From assembly GCA_965209035.1 (NCBI GenBank), contig OZ242372.1:1536001-1600000 (forward strand): a stretch of 64,000 nucleotides of DNA, given 5' to 3'. The stretch comes from Gammaproteobacteria bacterium. GTDB lineage: Bacteria > Pseudomonadota > Gammaproteobacteria > CBDBNL01 > JAAOII01. Below, one piece after another: positions 9,100-17,636 of the stretch (position 1 is the stretch's first letter; every line of letters starts with the position of its first letter). Under the pieces are notes generated by a model, which did not search any database, was not told the origin of the DNA, and saw nothing but the letters and a program-made list of their open reading frames with translations. The position numbers were made by a program, and so were the translations under genes.

Positions 9100-10422
9100 A
9101 TGACGCCCGCAATCACGAACACCGCGAACACCATGATCACACATGATCACCACGAATACAAGGAGAAGCAAGTTTACGATATTTTAATTGCCGGCGGCGG
9201 TCTGACGGGGGCCGCAGCCTACTGTGCTTTGGCGACGGTTGTGCGAGAACAAAAACTCACGATGGCACTTTGTGAAAGGCATTCCGTCCATGCCAACGCC
9301 GCCGCACAGGATCAGAGAGTGCTGGCGTTGGGCCGCGGGGCGGTCAGTATCCTGCAAGAATGGGGGCTGTGGGAGCAGATCCGCGCATACGCGCACCCGG
9401 TTTCTTCAATGGCATTTTTCTTGGCAGACAGGACCACAGTCATTGACGCCCGCCAACTGGGTTGGGATGCCTGGGGCTGGACCATCCCGCATTCCCGGAT
9501 GATGCAAGTTTTAATGGAGCGGGTTGCCGCACTTGCCAAAGAAGACAACCGCTTGGATCTGTGCGCTCCTTTTTGCATAGAAGATTTTCAACTGACCGCC
9601 AACGGGATGCGGCTGACGGATAAGAAACGGCACAGTGCGCTCGCGGCACGCCTGGTGCTTTCGGCCGAAGGAGCCAAGGGTGTGCTTTCCGCGGGCATGC
9701 AAGTCAAGAGGACATTTTTACGCGAAGAATATCCGTCCGATGCCGCCGCAAAGACAGCCGTTTCGGCGGGCGTATCAGCCAAGGGCGTTTCTCCGAACAG
9801 CGGCTACTGGTTTTGGAATACGGACGGCGGCGGTGGTGTTCTTGCTCTCATCCCTTATAAAAATGCAGAGAACGAGGTTGCCCGAACATCGGTTTTTTTA
9901 CCCCCCTGGCAAAAAAAAGAGCAAGAGCAAGAGCAAGAGAAAGAGAAAGAGAAAGTGCAAACGAAACCGGATGATTATTTAAAGCATCTTACCCGTTTCA
10001 GTCGCGGGATGATTGATGACCTCACGAGCGAACCCGGTACATTTTTAATAGAATCTTATAAAACCGAAGAACGATTAAAAGGACCTCTTTTGTTGCTGGG
10101 AGACGCCGCCCATCGGATGACCCCCCTGGGCGGACAAGGTTATAATCTCACACTTTGGACTCTGGAAAAACTAAGACAGGCATTTGAACAACGCCCCGTC
10201 ACCGGGGAAAAAGAATTTCCGGCAAACCGCTCTTTCTTATTGGATTACATTATTCAAACCCAGCCGACCATAGACCGACGGTATGATCTCGTCCGGTTGG
10301 CGGCGGACGGTTTGGCGGATCGCCGCGCCGCTGTTGAAAAACTGACCCGGCTATTTTCCGGTCTGCCTTCGGTTGCCGCTGTCTGCTTGGACTTTGCAGT
10401 CGGGTTGGATGCCGACCTTTAA
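9100..10422 (+). CDS. FAD-dependent hydroxylase, UbiH/UbiF/VisC family
   Basis: DILIAGGGLTG, LLGDAAHRMTPLGGQGYNL; follows pepP as ubiH usually does. Confidence 0.8.
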   Translation: MTPAITNTANTMITHDHHEYKEKQVYDILIAGGGLTGAAAYCALATVVREQKLTMALCERHSVHANAAAQDQRVLALGRGAVSILQEWGLWEQIRAYAHPVSSMAFFLADRTTVIDARQLGWDAWGWTIPHSRMMQVLMERVAALAKEDNRLDLCAPFCIEDFQLTANGMRLTDKKRHSALAARLVLSAEGAKGVLSAGMQVKRTFLREEYPSDAAAKTAVSAGVSAKGVSPNSGYWFWNTDGGGGVLALIPYKNAENEVARTSVFLPPWQKKEQEQEQEKEKEKVQTKPDDYLKHLTRFSRGMIDDLTSEPGTFLIESYKTEERLKGPLLLLGDAAHRMTPLGGQGYNLTLWTLEKLRQAFEQRPVTGEKEFPANRSFLLDYIIQTQPTIDRRYDLVRLAADGLADRRAAVEKLTRLFSGLPSVAAVCLDFAVGLDADL

Positions 10423-10873
10423 TGGCTCTTTTTTGTCGGACTACATTATTCAAATTCAAGCCCAGCCGGCTATAGGCAGACCGGAGACCGCCGGTATGCT
10501 CTTGTCCGGTTGGCTGCGGACGGTTTGGCGGGTCGCCGCGCCGCTGTTGAAAAACTGACCCGACTATTTTCCGGTCTGCCTTCGGTTGCCGCTGTCTGCT
10601 TGGGCGGTTGGGCTGGGCGGTTGGGCTGGATGCCGACCTTTAATCGTTCTTTTTTATCGGACTACATTATTCAAATTCAAACCCAGCCGGCTATAGGCAG
10701 ACCGGAGACCGACGGTATGCTCTTGTCCGGTTGGCAGCGGACGGTTTGGCGGGCCGCCGCGCCGCTGTTGAAAAACTGACCCGACTATTTTCCGGTCTGC
10801 CTTCGGTTGCCGCTGTTTGTTTGGACTTTGCGGTTGGGATGGGCGGTTGGGCTGGATGCCGACCTTTAATGGC
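10225..10873 (+). repeat. Three degenerate tandem copies (~200-225 bp) of the ubiH-like gene 3' end
   Basis: cgccgcgccgctgttgaaaaactgacccg..ccggtctgccttcggttgccgctgt..ggatgccgacctttaat recurs three times, with small internal insertions. Confidence 0.95.
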
Positions 10874-10939
10874 GGCCGGAATTTTTTCTTCTCTTATATA
10901 AACTATAAACAGGCAGTATAACCAGCCCTTTGGCTGTTA

Positions 10940-11695
10940 TTAGCGGACTGTAATACCCGCCGAACGCATATGCTCTTTTGCTTCGCCGATAGAATAATGC
11001 CCAAAATGAAACATCCCCGCCGCCAGGACGGCATCCGCCTTGCCTTGTAATATCCCTTCCGCCAGATGTTGCGGGGTGCCCGCACCGCCGGAGGCGATCA
11101 CCGGCACCGGCACCGCCTCGCTGACGGCACGCACCAACGGGATATTAAAACCGCCCGATGTGCCGTCGCTATCCATGCAGGTTAGCAGAATTTCGCCCGC
11201 GCCCAGATCGCAAAGACGGCGCGCCCATTCGATGGCATCCAACCCGGTCGGCTTTCTGCCGCCGTGGGTGAAGACCTCCCATTTGCCCGTGCCGACCTGT
11301 TTGGCATCTATGGCGGCGACGATGCATTGGGTGCCGAAACTTTGCGCGGCCGCGCGCACAAACTCCGGGTTCGCCACGGCGGCGGTGTTGATGCTGACCT
11401 TGTCGGCGCCGACGCGCAGCAGGGCGCGAATGTCTGCCAGTTCGGAGATGCCGCCGCCCACCAGCAACGGAATGAATACTTGGGTGGCAATTCTGTCTAT
11501 GAGATCTACGGTCGTTTTACGGCCTTCGTGGCTGGCGGAAATGTCCAGAACAGCCAACTCGTCCGCATTCTGTTCGCCGTAGCGGGCGGCAACTTCCGCG
11601 GGGTCGCCGGCATCGCGCAGGTTTTGAAAACGCACCCCCTTGCGGACACGCCCGCAATCCACATCCAGGCAGGGGATTAATCGGCTTGCCAGCAT
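10940..11695 (-). CDS. hisF: Imidazole glycerol phosphate synthase cyclase subunit
   Basis: [35 protein letters not shown]. Confidence 0.98.
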   Translation of the reverse strand: MLASRLIPCLDVDCGRVRKGVRFQNLRDAGDPAEVAARYGEQNADELAVLDISASHEGRKTTVDLIDRIATQVFIPLLVGGGISELADIRALLRVGADKVSINTAAVANPEFVRAAAQSFGTQCIVAAIDAKQVGTGKWEVFTHGGRKPTGLDAIEWARRLCDLGAGEILLTCMDSDGTSGGFNIPLVRAVSEAVPVPVIASGGAGTPQHLAEGILQGKADAVLAAGMFHFGHYSIGEAKEHMRSAGITVR

Positions 11696-11698
11696 CTT

Positions 11699-12448
11699 TT
11701 ATGTAGCCGCGGTTAACTGTAAGGCTTCTTTTAAGTTCAGGGTGTTCTCGTAAAGGGACTTGCCGCAGATAACACCCGCCACGATCTTTGATGCCAGCAA
11801 GGTTTGGAGGTCGGCAATTTTATGCACACCGCCGGCCGCGATAATAGGTAAGGACGACATCCCCCGCAGTCGGGCGAAAGGTTCGGCGCGTATTCCCGCA
11901 AGCGTGCCGTCGCGCGCAATGTCTGTCATGACCAGGCCGGCAAGGGGCGCGTCCGCGTATCGTTTTAGGATGTCGCCGACATCCGTTTCGGCTTTTTCCG
12001 TCCAGCCTTCAAGGCACAGTCGGTCGTCGGCAACATCCAAACTCAGATACACCCTTTGCGGAAACCTTGCCGCAAGTTGGCACACAGCCGCCGGATCACG
12101 AATCGCCCAGGTGCCGACAATAATGTAATCCGCCCCGCAAGTATCCAAGTAGTGCGCGGCGGTGTCCTCGTCGCGAATCCCGCCGCCGACCTGGACGCGG
12201 ACAGCGGACGGGTTGGCTTGGCGGTGTGCGCGTATGTGCCGCGTGAGACGACAAATCAGTTCGCGATGATTGCCGGTGCCGACCGCCGCGTTCAAATCAA
12301 CCAGATGCAAGCGGCTTGCACCCTCGCTTATCCAATGGTCGGCACAGGCAAACGAATCCGAAAAGTAGGTGTGTGCCGTCTCCATTTTCCCAAGTTTCAG
12401 ACGGACACATTTCCCGTCTTTAATGTCTATGGCAGGGATTACGAGCAT
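11699..12448 (-). CDS. hisA: ProFAR isomerase
   Basis: IPAIDIKDGKCVRL, LHLVDLN, QVGGGIR, TDIARDGTL. Confidence 0.96.
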   Translation of the reverse strand: MLVIPAIDIKDGKCVRLKLGKMETAHTYFSDSFACADHWISEGASRLHLVDLNAAVGTGNHRELICRLTRHIRAHRQANPSAVRVQVGGGIRDEDTAAHYLDTCGADYIIVGTWAIRDPAAVCQLAARFPQRVYLSLDVADDRLCLEGWTEKAETDVGDILKRYADAPLAGLVMTDIARDGTLAGIRAEPFARLRGMSSLPIIAAGGVHKIADLQTLLASKIVAGVICGKSLYENTLNLKEALQLTAAT

Positions 12449-12468
12449 ACGGGTATCTGAATTGCCGG

Positions 12469-13134
12469 CTATGCCGCGGCACCTTGCCAGCGGATGAAAT
12501 TCTTTAACAGTTGCAGACCGTCTTTGTGGCTCTTCTCCGGGTGAAACTGCACCGCGAAGATATAACCGCTTTGCACGGCGGCATCAAACTCCGTCGCATA
12601 AACACAGGTTCCCGCACGCAGGTCTCTGTCATCGGCTTCGCAGTAATAACTGTGAACAAAATAAAATCTGCTGTCTTGAGCAATCCCGTGCCACATATTC
12701 GTTTTGGGTGATTCCGAATGATCCGGATGCTTCGGCTTCGAATGACGAACACAATTCCAACCCATATGCGGAATTTTAAGATTGCGGTCGGTCGGTGTCA
12801 GCCGTCGCACTCTGCCGGCAATGATGCCGATGCCGCGCGTGGCGGTGTCTTCTTCATTTTCGCCAAAAAGTGCTTGCATGCCGACACAGATCGCCAAAAG
12901 CGGTTTCTCTTTGGCGGTTTGGCGAATTGCCGCATCCATACCCGTTTCCCTGAGTTTTTGCATACAATCGCGAATCGCCCCCACCCCCGGAAACACCACC
13001 CGATCCGCATTGGCGATATCGGCGGGATTCTGTGATGTCATAATGTGACTTTGCGGCGCCACATAACGCAATGCCTTGTCGATGGAATGGATATTGCCCA
13101 TTCCGTAGTCGGCTATGACGATCTGTTGCCGCAC
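12469..13134 (-). CDS. hisH: IGP synthase glutaminase subunit
   Basis: DYGMGN, PGVG, ICVGMQ, PHMGWN, YFVHSY, QFHPEKS. Confidence 0.97.
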   Translation of the reverse strand: MRQQIVIADYGMGNIHSIDKALRYVAPQSHIMTSQNPADIANADRVVFPGVGAIRDCMQKLRETGMDAAIRQTAKEKPLLAICVGMQALFGENEEDTATRGIGIIAGRVRRLTPTDRNLKIPHMGWNCVRHSKPKHPDHSESPKTNMWHGIAQDSRFYFVHSYYCEADDRDLRAGTCVYATEFDAAVQSGYIFAVQFHPEKSHKDGLQLLKNFIRWQGAAA

Positions 13135-14087
13135 TATTGCTTACCGCAAAGAATTTCCGCTTCGGTAATGGCGGCTGCCGCGGGATCCCCCGTGCCGTCC
13201 CTTGTCAGTTGCCGCATACCGGTCGGGCAGGTGATGTTAATTTCGCTGAGCATCCCGTCTATGATATCCAGTCCGGCAAGGAAGATCTCGCGCTCGCGGA
13301 TCATCGGCAGCACACGCTCGCAGATTTTTTTCTCCTTTGTGCCGAGTGCCTCCACTCGGTAGCCGCCGCCCGCCCCCAGATTGGAACGAAAGTCTCCCTG
13401 TTGCGGAATACGCACCAGCATTTCCGGGTGGGGTTTGCCGTTGATGAGCAGGACGCGCCTGTCGCCTTCTGTCAGCACCGAAGGCAAGTAGCGTTGTCCC
13501 ATGATCGGTCGGCTGCCGCCTTCGGTCATGCTTTGAATGAGCGAACGCAGATTCAGGTCATCCCGGTTGAGAACGAACACACCCTTGCCGATGCTGCCGT
13601 CCAGCGGCTTAAGCACACAGCCGCGATGTTTCCTATGGAATGCCGTCAACTCCGCTTCGTCTTTGGTGATCACATGTTCCGGCATGATGTCGGCAAAGTG
13701 CGTGGCAAAGATTTTTTCGTTCAGACTGCGCAGGCTGTCCGGCGGATTCAATATGAGCGGGCGATCCTTTTTGTGCAGGTCCAAAAAATGTGTGACATGT
13801 AAAAAATCGATATCCACGGGCGGTTCCAAGCGCAGAAAAATCAAGTCGTAATCGTCCGGTGTTGTGATGCGCGCCGCCTCGGTTTGAAGCCATTTTTTCG
13901 GGTCATCATAAACTTGCGTGCGCCGCGCCCGAAACATCACCTTTCCGTCGCGCACAAGAAGATCTGCTTTCTCCGAATAGTCCGTTTGCCAGCCGCGGGC
14001 TTGGGCGGCAAGCATCAAAGCCAGCGTGCTGTCTCCGCCGACATTAATGTTGGCAAGAGAATCCGAAATGAAGATGGCTCGCAGCAC
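13134..14087 (-). CDS. gshB: Glutathione synthetase
   Basis: DSTLALM..AQ.RG, NEK, KPLDG..GKGVF, GD.RVL, RSNLGAGG, EINITCPTG. Confidence 0.96.
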   Translation of the reverse strand: MLRAIFISDSLANINVGGDSTLALMLAAQARGWQTDYSEKADLLVRDGKVMFRARRTQVYDDPKKWLQTEAARITTPDDYDLIFLRLEPPVDIDFLHVTHFLDLHKKDRPLILNPPDSLRSLNEKIFATHFADIMPEHVITKDEAELTAFHRKHRGCVLKPLDGSIGKGVFVLNRDDLNLRSLIQSMTEGGSRPIMGQRYLPSVLTEGDRRVLLINGKPHPEMLVRIPQQGDFRSNLGAGGGYRVEALGTKEKKICERVLPMIREREIFLAGLDIIDGMLSEINITCPTGMRQLTRDGTGDPAAAAITEAEILCGKQ

Positions 14088-14156
14088 TGAGAGCGGTTTG
14101 GAAATTAGAGAGGTATTTTTTTTAGGCGGATGACGGGTGGCGAAACCGAAAAGCGG

Positions 14157-14723
14157 TTATTCCGCCCGCCCCAGATATTCGCCGCTGCGAGTATTCACCC
14201 GCACCTTTTCGCCGGACTGAACAAACAGAGGGATGCGGATGCGCGCGCCCGTTGCCAGAATTGCCGGCTTGGAACCTCCTTGAACCGTATTCCCTTTGTG
14301 GCCCGAATCGGTTTCCGCCACTTCAATTTCGATGATTTGCGGAGGATCCACCGAAATCGCTTTGCCGTTGTAAAGGAGAACCTGACAGACTGCTTCTTCC
14401 GTCAGCCATTGGGTCTCCTCTTTAAGGATATCGCCGGCAACGGCAAACTGTTCATAGGAACCGTCCGTTTTCATAAAATGCCACAGTACACCGTCGTTGT
14501 AAAGATACTGCGCGTCTGTCTGCACCACATCGGCCTTGTCTAACTTCTCGCCGGAACGCAAAGTTTTGTCAAAAACACTGCCGTTAAAGAGGTTGCGGAA
14601 TTTTAGCCGATACACCGCTTGGCCTTTCCCCGGCTTGTGGAACTCGCTGCTGATGACGCTATAAGGCACTTCGTCAATCAGAACCTTCACGCCTTCTTTG
14701 AGTTCGTTTGTTGAATATCGCAT
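14157..14723 (-). CDS. efp: Elongation factor P
   Basis: HKPGKGQA, KPAILATGA.IRIPLFV..GE.VRVNTR.GEY. Confidence 0.97.
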   Translation of the reverse strand: MRYSTNELKEGVKVLIDEVPYSVISSEFHKPGKGQAVYRLKFRNLFNGSVFDKTLRSGEKLDKADVVQTDAQYLYNDGVLWHFMKTDGSYEQFAVAGDILKEETQWLTEEAVCQVLLYNGKAISVDPPQIIEIEVAETDSGHKGNTVQGGSKPAILATGARIRIPLFVQSGEKVRVNTRSGEYLGRAE

Positions 14724-14788
14724 AATCTGTGTTGCTTTTCTTTTCCTTTATTTGTGTTGTTAAGGGTTGTTAAACTGATGCCCGCATT

Positions 14789-15613
14789 TTAGGATGCTCG
14801 CGCTCTGCCTTCGGTGTTACCCTCTTCGGCTTCTTCGAGAATCTGCGGGTAAGGAAAATCGTAACCCAGCAGTTGCTTGAGTATCGGCGTGGCTTTGTCC
14901 AGCACCGACTGTTTGACACCGCGCTTCTGATCTTCCATCGGCTTCACAAACTTCGGCAGATACTGAATCAGGACGCCGGTTCTGTCGTGATCGCTGTTGT
15001 TCGGCATCGCACCATGCCACGCCATACCGTAGAAGACCGCCACATCGCCGGGCTTGCCGGTAATCCGCACTGATTCGTTACGGAACTTTTTGGCATCCTC
15101 TTCGTCCGGATACTTGTTCCACTTCTGTGACCCCGGCAAGATGGCCGTGGCACCGCTGAGTTCCGTGAAGTCGTCCAGAATCACGGTCACCTGGCAGTTG
15201 AGCGGGAAACTCGGATTCATATTATGGGGGAAACTTTCGGGTTTATACATATCCCAGTAAGGATAGTCAATGTGCGGCTCCTGACCCGGACCGCCCGGCA
15301 GAATGCGGTTGGCGGCAATAGAGCCAAGGCAGAACTCCGTCCCCAGAAAGCCCTTCATAATTTCCACCACCTGCGGATGTTGAACCATATCCGCAAACAC
15401 ATCGCCCTTGTTGAGAAGGTTCCAGACCCGGCGTTGCAGTTTGGCCTTGCCCTCGTTGCCCCCTTGAAAGTGAGTGACCCCGCTCGCTTCCCGGTTGCTG
15501 TGCTCCATGATAATATCCCGCGCTGCTTTGACCTGTTGTGCGTCAAATAATTGCGGCAAAACAAAGAACCCCTTGCCCTCTGTCAATTCGTTAATGTAGT
15601 CCGGTGTGTCCAT
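14789..15613 (-). CDS. Phytanoyl-CoA dioxygenase (PhyH) family Fe(II)/2OG dioxygenase
   Basis: HxD (PHIDY), GAT.ILPGS, GDVAVF..MAWHGA..N.S..DR. Confidence 0.88.
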   Translation of the reverse strand: MDTPDYINELTEGKGFFVLPQLFDAQQVKAARDIIMEHSNREASGVTHFQGGNEGKAKLQRRVWNLLNKGDVFADMVQHPQVVEIMKGFLGTEFCLGSIAANRILPGGPGQEPHIDYPYWDMYKPESFPHNMNPSFPLNCQVTVILDDFTELSGATAILPGSQKWNKYPDEEDAKKFRNESVRITGKPGDVAVFYGMAWHGAMPNNSDHDRTGVLIQYLPKFVKPMEDQKRGVKQSVLDKATPILKQLLGYDFPYPQILEEAEEGNTEGRARAS

Positions 15614-15821
15614 AATTTTTCCTCTTATTTTTTGTTTAAATAAAAATGATTAGTTACTTTTATTTTACACTGATTTGGATATTGGGTGGCTGGTTGCGGC
15701 TTATATCTGTTGACCGGAGAATTTCGAAAAAGTTGGGCGTTTTATTATCTTCGTGTGAGATGCCTTCTAACGGATTTAGATACAAACATGAAAAATGTCT
15801 AGGAATATGAAATTATATAGT

Positions 15822-17636
15822 TCAGTAAATCACTTTCACGGTTTCTCTATTTAATCCTAATAAGTTTAGCCATTTTTCAAGATTGATATCCGCGTAGCCA
15901 TCAATATAAATGCGATGGTTTGCAAACTCCTTCAGTGAAGATTTACATTGACCCAGTACAAAATAAGAATTACCTACTTTGTATAGTAAGTCCTCTTCTA
16001 TTTCTTTTATTGATTCTGTAAGTAGCACTTCTCCAGATGCTGCCATCATGTTATAAAGAGTATCCGCTGGTGTAAAGCGGTTAATTTGTAACTTTAATGA
16101 TCCAGTATCTGCCTCTTGTAATTGAGGACGATCAATTAAGGAAAATACTTTATAATCGGTATCTAAATCTTCTGCCAACATACCGGCCTCCTTCAAAATT
16201 TTATGTCCCGCCCTTCTGACACGCTCTATACAAATAGAAGATATAAAAGGATCTAGTTTATTTGATATACAAAAATCGTGTGCCTCTTTGTTCTTTTGAG
16301 GGTCAATTTTTTCATCCGACTGCACCAAAATAAATTTACGGTTTCCTCCGTCTTCTTTGTTCTGTTTCATTACAGCATGGGCAGTTGTTCCACTGCCTGC
16401 GAAGAAGTCTAATATAAAAAAATCTTTGTCAGGAGTTGCTTTTATGAATTTTTTAATTAAGTCAACAGGTTTAGGAAAGTCCATGACCTTAATATTATCA
16501 AACAGTTTCTTTAACTTGTTGGTGGCAGTTTCTGTTTGATACGGTCCTAAGTGTGATGTTATAGGCAGATATGGATTTTGATACTCATGGGGATATTTTT
16601 TCTGTCTTGGTGTTCCTGACTTATCTTTTGGGAAAATAATTCGTTTTTCTTTGATCATCTTTTCTATACGTGATCTTGAAAGTGCCCATTTTTTATGAAA
16701 CTTATTACCAGTATCAGGATCAGTAATTGTAAATTCGGATCTCGTAGGTACTGTAGACTTCATATTATCCGCTTTCCAAGGGCCTTGGGGATCATTATCC
16801 GGATTTGAGAACCCGGTAAGGCCTCTGTCCTTTCCTACGAAATACGTGTTATTGTTTTTTGCATAGCACAAAATATACTCATGATTCGCAACAACACCAG
16901 TTTTTGGTGGAACGCCTTTGGGAGCAGTTTTGGTCACCCAAGTGAATGTTGTAATAAAATTGGGTTCTCCAAAAATTTCAGAACACATTAATTTTAAATT
17001 TGCCATTTCCTTATCATCTATAGAAATAAGAATAACCCCGTTATCTGTTAATAGCTCTCTTGCTAACTTTAATCTTGGGTACATTGCAAACATCCAGCCT
17101 GAGTGATTAAGAGAACCGAACATATTCTCAAAAAAATCTTGTGCCTCTGGGTCTATATCGTAATCTTCGATTAGCTGCTTTTCATTCACTTTAAAACTAT
17201 CTTTATAAATGAAATTGGCATTTTCGGTATTGTATGGAGGATCAATGTAGATCATCTGAATCTTGTTTGTATAATTTTGCCGCAATATTTTTAAGACATC
17301 CAGGTTATCACCGCGAATAATAGTATTTTTAGTTTTATCGAAGTTGCTTGATAGCTTTCGCTCTATTCTCAACTCTTTATTCGTAGAAATATCTGCTTGG
17401 GCATTTGCCAGACCCTTACCGGCAAAGTTCAATAAATATCCTTGTTTGGAAGATATAAGATTGTCTTGGCCTAAAAAGTCTTTTAATGCATCGACATCTA
17501 ATTTGTCATCTCCGTTAACCAACCCGGGAAGAATTTGACGAATCTGTTTGAGTTTGGTAACCTTATCATCGACAATAGTTTCTGAAGAATCTATGACCCC
17601 GTAACCGGCTTTTTTTGTACTTTTTTTATCTAACAT
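15822..17636 (-). CDS. mod: Type III R-M methyltransferase (Mod)
   Basis: GDNLDVLK, IYIDPPYNT, PKPV.LI, LDFFAGSGTT; overlaps res; AT-rich. Confidence 0.93.
   Translation of the reverse strand: MLDKKSTKKAGYGVIDSSETIVDDKVTKLKQIRQILPGLVNGDDKLDVDALKDFLGQDNLISSKQGYLLNFAGKGLANAQADISTNKELRIERKLSSNFDKTKNTIIRGDNLDVLKILRQNYTNKIQMIYIDPPYNTENANFIYKDSFKVNEKQLIEDYDIDPEAQDFFENMFGSLNHSGWMFAMYPRLKLARELLTDNGVILISIDDKEMANLKLMCSEIFGEPNFITTFTWVTKTAPKGVPPKTGVVANHEYILCYAKNNNTYFVGKDRGLTGFSNPDNDPQGPWKADNMKSTVPTRSEFTITDPDTGNKFHKKWALSRSRIEKMIKEKRIIFPKDKSGTPRQKKYPHEYQNPYLPITSHLGPYQTETATNKLKKLFDNIKVMDFPKPVDLIKKFIKATPDKDFFILDFFAGSGTTAHAVMKQNKEDGGNRKFILVQSDEKIDPQKNKEAHDFCISNKLDPFISSICIERVRRAGHKILKEAGMLAEDLDTDYKVFSLIDRPQLQEADTGSLKLQINRFTPADTLYNMMAASGEVLLTESIKEIEEDLLYKVGNSYFVLGQCKSSLKEFANHRIYIDGYADINLEKWLNLLGLNRETVKVIY

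Noticed and set aside
15822-17636. Phasevarion (SSR-switched mod gene)
   Set aside because: No long simple sequence repeat seen in mod.
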